From assembly GCA_016748015.1 (NCBI GenBank), contig JAAOMT010000082.1:219483-283482 (forward strand): a stretch of 64,000 bases of DNA, in the 5' to 3' direction. A model generated the notes under the pieces. That model saw only the letters and a program-made list of their open reading frames with translations, was not told the DNA's origin and ran no database searches. Shown piece after piece: positions 28,263 through 39,800 of this stretch (positions within the stretch are counted from its first letter, which is position 1; each line of letters opens with the position of its first letter). A program made the translations under genes and the position numbers. Origin of the DNA: Geosiphon pyriformis uo1 (taxonomy: Eukaryota > Fungi > Glomeromycota).

Positions 28263-29630
28263 ATGGACACACTCACTTATCAATGACTACATTAGTATCT
28301 ATCGACACTACATTTCAAGAAGATATTATCTCAACAGGAACAGAGTACTATACAAAAACAAGCCTGAAATTATTTTATTCAAGACAACCAACTATATTGA
28401 CGAGAATGCCAAAACCATTCCAACCCACAACAACTAATCATGGACAGTGAAAGAGAAACTATACTATATAGTGTGCACTCAGATCTGACTGCAGGACACT
28501 TTAACAAAGACATTACCCTCGAAAGAACACTAAACTTATACTATTGACTAATAATGCACAAAGACATTTTCAAATACATGCTCAATTGTGACGCATGCCA
28601 GCGAAGAGAAAGAGCAAGATCAACAGAACCACTTCAATCCATTCTAGTTGGAAATCTATTTGATAGAATTGGAATCGATTTGGTTGGATCTTTTTCAATT
28701 ACATCCCAAGGAAATTGCTATATTGCTGTAGCCATAAACTATCTTACAAAATGGCTAGAAGCCAGAGCAATCCAAGTGGCTAATGCCAAAACAGTCGCCA
28801 AATTTGTGCATCAAGACCTAATTTGCCAACATGAATGTCTGAAAGAATTATTATCTGATCAGGGAACACACTTCGTTAATAATACACTAACTGAACTAAG
28901 CCAACAGTTTGGAATAAAAAGACCCTTATTGTCACTATACCACCCACAAACAAACAGGCTGGTAGAACAGTTTAACAAAACACTGTGTGAAGCACTAGTA
29001 AAAATAAGTCATGAAAACAGACAAGAATGGGACTTATTCATATTTTCTGTACTTTTTGCATACCAAACATTGAAACAAAATACAACTCAGTTCACACCAT
29101 TCGAACTAATCTATGGAAGAAAATCTACATTACCGATTGAATGAGTAATACCATTATACCCAACAGAAACAATCAATGAAGAGAATTTTGAGACTACCTT
29201 ACACCAAAGAACATACCAGTTAATGGAAATGTTGGAAAACAATCAAAGAACAGCAGCTGACAATATTAGTCATGCTCAAGAACGACAAAAAGAAAGACAT
29301 GATAAACACCTGCCAGAACAACCAATGGAATTCAAGATTGAAGACCAAGTACTGTTACATCATACAAAAGCTAAGAAACAGTGAAGTGAAAAGTTTGACC
29401 CAAAGTGGGATGGTCCATTCCACATACATGAAGCGTTAGGAAATGGAACTTACAAATTACGATTGGAAGACAGGATTTTAAAGAAAGTAGCACATAGAAA
29501 TCGGTTAAAAATTTATCATGTAAAACAGAAATCATCATCATCAGTACCTCAACTAGGAACACAAATTTCATTAATCAGACCAGAAGATATACCACGAGAT
29601 CTGGAACCAATCATTGTTATCGAAACGTAG
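28263..29630 (+). pseudogene. int: C1 integrase (stand-alone ORF)
   Basis: ATG 10 nt after the RNase H stop; VHSD…GHF…CDAC, GIDLVG/SDQG/LVEQFN, GPF; ends EPIIVIET*. Confidence 0.9.
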
Positions 29631-29710
29631 ACAATGGGCAGCAAATTAAATTGGGGAATTCAAATATATATAGCATCCAAAAAGCAGCAAGAAATGATAG
29701 AAATTTCAAC

Positions 29711-30445
29711 ATGAACCTTTCAGATCAAATTTTAAAATTATCTAAACAATTATTTGAAACAATTCAAAAATTGACATCTCAAATAGAAATAACAATTGAT
29801 AAAAAAGAGATACGGTACAAAGATAAGAGCAAGAGAGAAGAGAACGAGAGTTCAATTAGAATTAAACGTTCTTTCTTCTACCCACTACCCGAAAGGCAAT
29901 GTGGAAGGAAAAATTGTTTTCAGGTGGGGGGTGGAAAAGAAGGAGACAAAGAATGAGAAAAAGGTTACAAAAGAAGATACTTGGTCCCTAAGCTCGAAGA
30001 AATAAAACAAGCTTTAGCTTGTAAGACCAAACTCCCTAAAACAAGGGAGTGAACACTTGACAATGCTCAGGAATGGAAAAAAAGACTTCCTCCAGCTTAT
30101 TGGTTCTACAAAATTGGAGAACAGCTTGACTTGAAAACACCATACAAAGACCTCAGCCAGAAAACATTTAACAAAGAAACAATACAACAAGTAGAAAAAT
30201 TCGTAAAAAAAAACAACTTGACTCTACATTACAAAGCAGTATACTGACTATATGTCATCTTCCAACATTGCCCAAACATACTACTAAATGGATCTATGAA
30301 AACCATAATGGTTAACAGCATAGGACAAATAACCAATCAACAGTTCAAAGATCTACAAAAGACAATACTTGAGACAACAATCGAACATTACACAAACAAA
30401 GCCATGATAACAGATACATACGGTTTCGCAGGAGCTCAATTTTAA
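29711..30445 (+). pseudogene. C1 accessory ORF3 (unknown function), frameshifted
   Basis: MNLSDQILKLSKQLF…IEITID…YWFYKIG…KAVY*LYVIF…IGQITNQQF…FAGAQF*; colinear with ORF3 of B. Confidence 0.7.
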
Positions 30446-30459
30446 AAAGAAAGGGATAA

Positions 30460-31534
30460 TGTTACCTGAGTAGAAAAACCAATCCAAAGTTATGAAGAAA
30501 CGTGACCAAAATATAACATAACACAGAATAATGCACAATAACATTGGATAATACGTTATAATGTTGGATAACGTGTTATAATGCAGGATAATACAGAAAA
30601 GTATGCAATAACATAGGATAACGTGTTATAACGCAGAATAACATGTAATAATGTCAGATAACGTGTTATAATATAGGATAACTAGCAATAATATAGAAAA
30701 ACGAAGCAATAACAGAAACAACAAAGCAATAGCTAGTGATAGCGAGACAATTGAAAGCAATCCTGTAAAACCAAAAGAATGTATAAAAGCAAGTAGTTGT
30801 AAAAGTGAGAAAAGACAGAGAGAAGAAAAAATAGATACGAACCTCTAGACCAGAAATTAAAATATCTATACCTCTTCATCCTTTATTATCTTTTCTATTT
30901 CATCTTCTGAAATAAATCAATTATTAAAATGTGAATTCATGTTCTCGAACTTCGTAAAATTTACATGAATTAACCCTTGTCTCATACGTCCATTCTAGAA
31001 CAGATGCTCTTAGCATAACCACCTCGAACCTATTAACAATTTGGATCAATTGCTCTTAATCATGGTGATTGACGATACTAATTTATTATTTCTCTCTTTT
31101 CTTTTTTTTTCTTTTTCTTTTTCTTTCTTTTTCTGTCTTAATTTTTTTGTGGAGTAACAACATAGTAAAATCGACTGTCTGGGAATAGACTTCATGATAG
31201 CCTGGTAAAAGAAGAAAGCTCTCCCTAAGTTTTGAATATTAATATTATCTTGTTAGCTTACCAGAAGGGCGAAAAGACAATGCCAGACCCTAACGACTCT
31301 GCTCGTTAGCTCAGAAAAAAAAGCTTACATTTACAAAAAACATTGCAATTGATGAAAGACAAACTCTGTGCTTTATAACCAAAAAACTCAATGGGTAAAA
31401 TTCACATCCAGGAATAGACCTTCAGAGACTGATAATCAAGACTAAGCCAACAGAATTATGCAGAAGATGCATCATCAATAATTGAAAGCACCAAACATTA
31501 CCATTTCCCATACCCACCAAGTTTATCCGTAACA
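30460..31534 (+). repeat. C1 3' LTR
   Basis: Preceded by PPT AAAAAGAAAGGGATAA. Confidence 0.93.
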
Positions 31535-31985
31535 CCGGCAATAGCCATGATTAAAAGCTATTGTTTCAGTGTGGTTAAGTATCAATTACTATCAATATAA
31601 AGTGTTGATAGTGGAAGTGGGTTTTTAAGATAGCAAATAGTTATTTATTGTGGTTTGAAAAGTTGTCTAGATGAAATTTAAACTGAGAGATCTGTCTTTT
31701 TAGCTTCTAATACTACTGTTATATATACATAATTGAGATTCCTTAATTCCTTAATTTTTCATGACAGGAATCCTAAAATTCCTGGAATCCTGCGATTCTG
31801 TTAAGAGAAATTCTGGAATTCTGGAATCCTGCAATTTCTCATGTGAAAATCCTGCAATTCCTGAAATCTTGCAATTCTTCTAAGAAGAATTCTGGAATTT
31901 TTTATTTACTACATCTACTTCTGATTGGCTAATAACTATGCTAATATGTTTTCTATATTTCTAGTAATAAGATTATTTCCTTCTT

Positions 31986-32643
31986 TTAATATTGAACTTC
32001 ATCAAAATCTAGCTCTTTTAATTTCCCTTCTTGAAGTATTTTCTGAATTTCAGTTTCGAGAATTACTTGTGTTATTTGGGTCTGTAATTCTTTAAATTGA
32101 GCATTAGCAATCTTTCCCAATTGATTACTGGTAACTGTATTTATTGCTTTGTTGAATAGAATTTCTGGTCAATCTTGAAATGCTGTGTGTATTCAGTATA
32201 TGGCTTGGGCCTGTGTGAATAAGTTGTTTTTTCCCACAAACTGTTCTAGTTGTTGTAGTATTGTCATGTTGAATAACTGCTTTGTTTTATCAGTGTACAA
32301 ATTCTAGATGTTCATGTGTTTTTCTAAGTAAAAATAACAATAGTTTTTTGGAAATTGTTGTATCCACCAATTCCAAGTTTCTTTGGTCAACTCTTAGTAT
32401 AGTGAATCTTTTGTCAGCTTCTGTATTGCCACTTTTATTTTTTCAATAACTTTGTTAATGGTATTTTCTGGTTTCTTCTGTGTTCTGTGTTGGGATGTCT
32501 TTCTAGTATCTTAGTACTGAATTGTTTGTTGATTAATTGTAACCTCCATTTCTTGGTGTTAGATTAATTGAAAAAATTCATGCTAATGAGTGAATGTTGT
32601 CTGTAATTTCTATTTTTCTGATATTTTTTATCACGTCTACCAT
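31986..32643 (-). pseudogene. B2 accessory ORF3, degenerate
   Basis: Nucleotide-colinear with 3457-4116. Confidence 0.7.
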
Positions 32644-33576
32644 GTCTTTATATATTCTTTTGTCAATCACTTTTATTTGTTGTCAATAATGATGATTGGT
32701 TCCAGATCTCGTGGAATCTTATCTGGTTGGACTGGTGCTCTCTGTACTCCTAGTTGGGAAATATTATTGGTAAATGGTAATGTTATATTGTGATATGGTT
32801 TCAGACAATCTCCATGTGCTGCTTTGGTCAAAATTTTGTTGTTCAATCTTAATTTATAAGCTCTATTTTCTAGAATTTTTTCTATGTGAAATGGTCCATC
32901 CTATTTGAGATCAAATTTTTTACTCTATTGTTTTTCCACTTTGGTATGATGTAAGAGTACTTTGTCTCCAATCTTGAACTTAACTGGTTTGTTTAGTAGT
33001 TACCTATTATGTCTTTCTTTTTGTTTCTCTTATGACTTTTGAATATTATCAGCTGCTCTTTTTTGTTTGTTTTCTAGAGTTTCCGTTAAGTCATATGTCT
33101 TTCTTAACAATGTTTCTTGGAAATTCTCTTCTGTTATTGGTTCCATTGGATATGTGTTTACTTCTATTTCTACTGGTAAGATTGCTGTTCTACTGTATAC
33201 TAATTCAAATAGTGTTGCTTGTGTGGTATCTTGCTTCATTGTTTAATAAACAAATAATATTAATAATATAAACAAATCCCATTCATTCTGGTTTTCTTAG
33301 CTAAGTTTGGTGATTGCTTCACACAATGTTCTATTAAATCTTTCAACTAAACTGTTTGTTTGTGGATGATATAGTAATAATAATGGTTTTTTAATTCCGA
33401 ATCTTTGGCTCAATTCTGCTAGTGTTTTGTTCACAAAGTGAGTTTCTTGGTCTGATAATAATTTTTTGAACATTCATGTCAACAAATCAGATTTTGATGG
33501 ACAAATTCAGCAATGGATTCTGCATTTGCTCTTTGAATTGCTTTTGCTTCTGGCCATTTAGTAAGATAGTCTATGG

Positions 33577-34548
33577 TATTACCAGAGATTTTTGGTCTCT
33601 TTTCTTAAATGTTGTTGATGTCTGTTCATTGTAAATTCACGTTTTCTGGATGTGGTTGAATCTCCAATAACTGAATTTATCTTCAAATTATCTCTTATAA
33701 TTTGAACTGCTGGGCTTATAAGTAGAATAACCAATTCCTTGCCAGTTACTTTATGTAGTTACATTGTAGTAAACATCAACTCTTTCCTAGGAATTGCTCA
33801 TTTGGAAGCTCACTAAAAATGTGTAGTTACTTTGCTGTGAAAGTCAACTCTTCTACAGGAATCTTGTCTGTAGGCTACCCTAATAATTGTAATAAGAAAA
33901 GAAAAAAAAAATAAAAAAAATGTAAAAAAAATAGGATTTTATCAAGGGAAACGTTTTTCTATTCAGGCCTAGAGTCACTAACAGTTTACTGAAATTGGTA
34001 GCTAATCAATTTCGAAATGTTAGTTGGATTTTGGGGATTTTCCAAGTACAATAATTAAAGAATTTGGTTTTTTGAATTATTTGATATTTATTTCTTTTTG
34101 TGTGTATAAGAACGGTTTTAAGAGATAAATCTAAAGTAAGATACATTTTTTTGAAGAAAAAAGCTCTTTTTTTATACAACTTGTTGTAGTACTAGTCTAT
34201 GAACTTGCACTTTTTCTCTTTGCTCAAATTTTGGCAAACTAAAGATACATTTTGGTAAACTACAAGTTATTTCGCTGAACTATTGATTAATTTGGGTGAA
34301 CTATTCATAATTTCGGCGAATTTCTGTAAATTTCGGCGAATTTTTGAATATTACAAAGTTCAGAGTATTGTGTAATTTGATCATCCTACTTTCTGTTATA
34401 CTAATTAGATTATTTTAATTGAATCATGATATGTGATAATTGATTAAATAATAAATGATAATTTGAAATGATATTAATATATTAATTAATTATAGGAATT
34501 ATAAAGGTAATTTCATGCTAATTAATAGCTAAAATTCTACTGGTAACA
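33577..34548 (-). repeat. A2 3' LTR
   Basis: Direct repeat of 52578-53506; PPT adjacent at 34549-34562. Confidence 0.92.
34228..34345. repeat. Family A U3 array of TTCGNCGAA-like palindromes, ~20 bp period
   Basis: TTTGGCAAA, TTTGGTAAA, TTCGCTGAA, TTGGGTGAA and TTCGGCGAA x2; similar arrays in the other A LTRs. Confidence 0.75.
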
Positions 34549-35236
34549 TAATCTCCTCCTCAAGACTGAGCTCCATCGAAGTCCAAGCACTATCTGTAAT
34601 ATTAAGATAGTGATCCAAAATAATTGAAGTAATCTGGTCTAAAAATTGTTGAAATTTCAGTTCTGTGAGTTTGCCAATGTATTGGACTTTCATTGGTTGC
34701 AGTATTGGATTTTGTAGAACATTTTCACAAGTATTAAACAAATCATAGAGTCTAAAAGCTGCTCTAAGTTTGTAGCAAGTGTTTGTCAGTCCAGCTGCTG
34801 TTTTGAATTCATTGTAGATTTGTTTTTGTATAGCTTCAGGAGTGAGATTTGTTGCTTCAAGTTCTAGTTTTCGTTCATAAAGTGTCTTTCCAATGTAAAA
34901 GTATTTATAGATAGAAGTGTGTTCATTGTTCTGTTCATTGAGAAGTAGTAGAAGTTTTTGTTGCATTGTAGCATTTGATAGAATTTCAATAGGGGCAATT
35001 AAAAGATTTTTTTCTAGTGCTTGCTTCAAAAGTCTTGGTAACCTATTTTCAGAGTGACTTCTTGTTTTTCTTCTATAGGGGTGATAGTTCTGTAGATGAT
35101 TTGCTACTGGAGCTGTGGTTTTTTTCTGAATGTAATTAATTTGACTTCCATTAATCGTTATGGATAAGTCAGAAAGTGTTTTTAAGGCTAAAATTAACTT
35201 TTGGAATATTTGTTGAATATTTCGGGGAATAATCAT
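34529..35236 (-). CDS. A2 accessory ORF3, intact 235 aa, unknown function; runs through the PPT into the 3' LTR
   Basis: Uninterrupted ORF with motifs LSITIN…INY, YFYIG, RAAFRLYDLF and IGKLTELKF shared with ORF3 of B and C. Confidence 0.8.
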   Translation of the reverse strand: MIIPRNIQQIFQKLILALKTLSDLSITINGSQINYIQKKTTAPVANHLQNYHPYRRKTRSHSENRLPRLLKQALEKNLLIAPIEILSNATMQQKLLLLLNEQNNEHTSIYKYFYIGKTLYERKLELEATNLTPEAIQKQIYNEFKTAAGLTNTCYKLRAAFRLYDLFNTCENVLQNPILQPMKVQYIGKLTELKFQQFLDQITSIILDHYLNITDSAWTSMELSLEEEIMLPVEF

Positions 35237-35382
35237 AATAAAATTGACTAATTATGAAAAGAGAGAATAAGAAAAATTATTTTTGGGATATGGGGTTTTT
35301 TATTTGTTTTTGGGTTTGGGTGTTTTTGTAATTTATTTACTATTTTTGTCTTTGTGTTTTTATTGGAGAATTATTGTAAAAT

Positions 35383-36744
35383 TTAAGTGTTTAAGTTTGG
35401 TTGTTGTTCTATTATAATTATTGGTTCTAAATTTTGGAGAATATCTTTAGGATTAATTAAAGGGGAATGTGTACCAATTTGTGAAATTAATGGTTCAGGA
35501 TTGTTTCTGGAATGATAGTGTTTCAATCTGTTTTCATGTGCAACTTTTGCTAGTATTTTGTTATCAAGTCTTAATTTGTATGATCCATTGCCTAGAATTT
35601 CGTAAATATAGAATAGTCCATCCTATTTGTTTTCAAATTTTCTACTCCATTGTTTTTCAGCCTTAGTTCTGTGTAAGAGAACTTTTATCTCCAATTTTTA
35701 ATTTGTGAGTTATGGGTGGTAATTTGTTGTCATGTCTTTCTTTTTGTTGAGCTTGGGAATGTTCAATATGAGTTGCTGCTATCCTTCTTTTTCCTTTCAG
35801 TGTACTAAGAAGAGTGTAGGTTCTTCTTTGGAGTGTTTCTTGAAAGTTTTTTTCATTGATTGGTTGCACTGGATATGTTTCCACTGTGAAATTAATTGGT
35901 AATATTGCTGTCCTTCTATAAGTAAGATCAAATAGTATGTGTTTCATAGTATCTTGTTTTAGTGTTCTGTATGCTAGTAACACTGATGGAATAAAGATAT
36001 TCTATTCCTGCTCAAAGTCTGTTAAGACTTTGGCTAGAGATTCACACAATGTTCTGTTAAAACGTTCTACAAATCCATTTGTTTAAGAGTGATAAAGTGA
36101 TGATAGAGGTCTTTTGACATTGAATTGTTCACAAAATGTGTTCCTTGATCAGATAAAAGTTCAATTGGGCATTCATGTCTACAGATAATGTCTTCATAGA
36201 TGAAATTTGCTACTGATTTTGCATCTGCTCTTTGGATGGCTCTAGCTTTAGGCCATTTGATAAGATAATCCACTGCAACTGCAATATAATAATTTCCTTG
36301 GGTTGTGATAAGTAATGGTCTGACTAAATCAATTCCAACTCTGTCAAACGGTTGTCCAACTTTGATTGGATTTAAAAGTTCTGTGGGGTGAGTTTCTCTT
36401 CTTTTTTGACAACTCTCACAAGATTCTACATATTGTTGAATGTCTTTTTACATGTGAGGCCAAAAATAATGTTCAAGGGTTCTTTGAATTGTTCCATCTC
36501 TTTCCAAGTGTGCTGAAGATGGATTTGTGTACATGTTGTATAAAATTGTTTCTTTTTCATTTTTTTGTACTAATCTGAGTGGTTGATTTGGGTTTCTGTG
36601 ATTTTTATAATAGATTTTGTTCTGGTGTATAAAATATTGCTTTAATTGGTATTGTAAACGATGTTTTTCACTTGGAGACCAGTTTTCTGGCATGGTAAGA
36701 GTCTCCAAATAATTTTTAAGATTGCTGTAATTTCTGGAATCCAT
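35383..36744 (-). pseudogene. int: A2 integrase (stand-alone ORF)
   Basis: ATG MDSRNY… 57 nt after the RNase H stop; DYLIKWP, SDQGTHF; small internal deletion or frameshift. Confidence 0.88.
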
Positions 36745-36801
36745 TCTTGTTTGGTTATTTTGTTAGTAGGTTAGTAAGTTGTAGTGGAATTGTTGTTGGT
36801 A

Positions 36802-39800
36802 TTAATCTTGTCTCATTCTTGAGAGGCTATTAACATTGGTATGTAGTTTTCTTGGTTTGTGGTATACAATATATCTGTAGTCTGCTAGGAAGTCATTCCA
36901 TTGAAACTGTTTGGCACTTTGTTCAGTTTTCTTTTTATTGAGCCATTTGAGGCCAATGTTGTCTGTTATTATGTCAAATTCTTTTCCATTCTTCAAATAT
37001 TGTTAAAAATGTTTAAGAGCCCAAATAACTGCAGCAGCTTCTAATTCAGTTGAGCTATATTTTAGTTCTGTTGGTTTGAGTGTTCTACTAGCATAAGTGA
37101 TGACTTGTTTTTGCCCATTTTCATCTACTTGTGATAAGATGGCACCAAATGCTATGTGTAAAGCATCAGTGGCTAGTTGAAATTATTTGTTGAAGTCTGG
37201 GTAAGCAAGAACTGGGGCTGTTGTCAGCTTTGTTTTGAGCGTTTCAAATGCTTTTTGTTGTTTTTCAGTCTATTTGTATGGCACATTTTTATTGGTAAGA
37301 TAATTGAGTGGTTTGGCAATTTCTGAGAATTCTTTGATGAATTTTTGATAATAGAAGGCTAATCCTACAAATTCTTGTAGCTCTGTGGTATTTTTGGGGG
37401 TTTAGAAGTTTTTGACAACACTGATTGTTCCAGGGTTTGGTTTGACTCCATCTTTGCTAACAATGTGTCCAAGAAAGATTAAGCTTGTTTTTCTAAAGTG
37501 ACATTTCTCAATATTCAACTTCAATCCTGCTTTCCGTAATCATTGAAAAACTTCTTGCAGGTGAATAAGATGGGCTTCAAAGCTTGGTGAGTACACATTA
37601 GTATCATCAAGGTAAACAACTACTGATTGCTATAAGAGTCCTTCATATACAACATCTATGAGTCGTTGGAATGTTGCTGGTGCATTACAGAGTTCAAAAG
37701 GCATAACATTAAACTCATAGTTTCCTCCTTGGGTGGTAAATGCTGTTTTGGGTCGGTCTTTTGGGTCCATTTTGACTTGCCAGTATCCACTTTCCAAGTC
37801 TAGAGTTGAGAAGAACTTGGTCTTTCCTAGAGCATCTAGCATGTCATCAATTCTTGGAAGAGGGTAGGCATCTCCAATTGTAATACTATTTAGTTGTCTA
37901 TAATCAACACAGAATCTGATTTTTCCATTTTTCTTTTAACTAAAACTACTGGTGAGACCTAAGAACTTTTTGATGGTTGAATCAATCTGTTATTGAGCAT
38001 TCTTTGGACCTCTTCTCTGATGAATTGGATGCTGGCAGGTGGCACTTCATAAACTTGTTGATGTTTTGATAGGGCATCTCCTGTATGGATCTGATGTTGA
38101 ACAATGTCTGTTTTTCCCAAGTCATTGTTGTCTTTTGCAAATATATCTGCAAATTCAGCTATCAATTGTTTCAATTGTCTTTGTTGTTAAGGTTCTAAGG
38201 GACTCATGTTGATTCGAGAGAGTTTTTCTTTCACAAAGTGGTAGTTTTTAGTAGTGGGAATGATATTTGGATTTGGGAGTAAAGTGTGCCTTACAATTTC
38301 GATGAAATTAAAGACAATTTGAGGGTTTTCATCTTGAAAAATATTGCTGTGTATGATTCCAATCTCTAGTTTGTTTAATAAAACAATAGAGTAATTATTG
38401 GGGTTGTAGAATGTAACTCGAAATTTTTTCATTCTTTTGGGAATATAAATGTTTGGAATTGAGATTTTATGCTTCAAACAGATTTGTTCATTGGATTCAA
38501 AGATTTGTTGTGTGGTGGTGGGTTTTGAGCAAGTATAAATTTCGTGATGTTCTCTAAAAGGTGAAATGATAATTGGCTGGAGAAGTTGAAAAATCTGGTG
38601 AGATTCATTTTGTGTATTAAGAGCTATGTTTACTGGGACTCTAAATCGTCCAGTTGAACCAAAACTTTGAGTTCCTCTTTCACTTTTTCTCAATTGTTCT
38701 CTGTTGTTTACTGATTGTAATCCCGAAATGTTGATTAAGGGTAAATAAATTGCTTGAGCAATTTTTTCAGCATGTTCAATTTTGAATGGTTTGTCTGTCT
38801 CATTCTGTAACATGATGGTAATGTCTCCAGTATATCCTGCATTTATAACTCCTCCTCTAATATTGATTCCTTTGTTTGCCAATGATGATCTGGAGGCAAT
38901 TTGAATCATTGCTCCTGGTGGAATTTCAAGAGCAATTTTGAGATTGATTTTTGTTAAGGACTTTGGTTGGAGAACCAAAGTATTTTTTCCTGGGTATCTT
39001 AAGTCATATCTAGCATCAATTTCGTGTGCTTTTTCTGGTCTGATTTCTTGGCCATGGTTGTCAAAATATTTAAGTTGTAGAGGTGATTGCTTTTCAAGAA
39101 GATAGATGGAGGTGGTTGGTAGTTTTTCTACTAATTTAGATACTCCAAATTCGATTTCATTTTCTCATTCTCATCTGGCAGAGGAATGCTAAGAGCATAA
39201 CATTCTAAACACTATTGGTAATCACAAGGCATAGCACATTCTTCACACAATTGAATGTTTATTTGCTCTAATTATTGAATTTGAGCTTCTTTGGTCGAAT
39301 ATGTGTGGCTTGCAATTTGGTGGTAGGTTTCTACTTCATTTTCATAATCAAATTTAGCTAATTCTATAGTATACTCAATATATTCAGCTTCTTTCATTTG
39401 GTGGACTTCTTCTTGGGTGGCTCCATTAATCAATGCTATTGCTAGGTCAAAAATCATTTCAGCATCATGAGAGTAGTGGTAAAGTTTATTGAAAGCACTG
39501 TTGTATGCTGCATCAAATGATGTTTCTCTTCTGACTTTTTCCGAAATTGATAGAGCATATTGACAGGTTTAATTACATACTTCTCCTCTCATTGCTACAT
39601 CAATCCAATTGCATTCTTTTAGTAGCATTTCTCCACATGTAAGGCAAGGAGTTTTGTCCCATTTTCTACTTCTTTTTGGGGATCCAAATTGTTCTCTATG
39701 GCATGCTTTGCAGAAGTAACAAGTGCAAGTTTTGTATTTTTTTTCTGGGGAAATACAGGCTTCTATAGATGAAAGCTTCTTTTTGCAATCTTTGCATTTT

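Larger units (their letters stand above)
21304..31534 (+). mobile_element. Ty3/Gypsy LTR retrotransposon C1, inserted in the B2 3' LTR
   Basis: LTRs 21304-22404 and 30460-31534. PBS 22407-22423, PPT 30444-30459. TSD CCAT(21300-21303)/CCGG(31535-31538). Confidence 0.93.
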
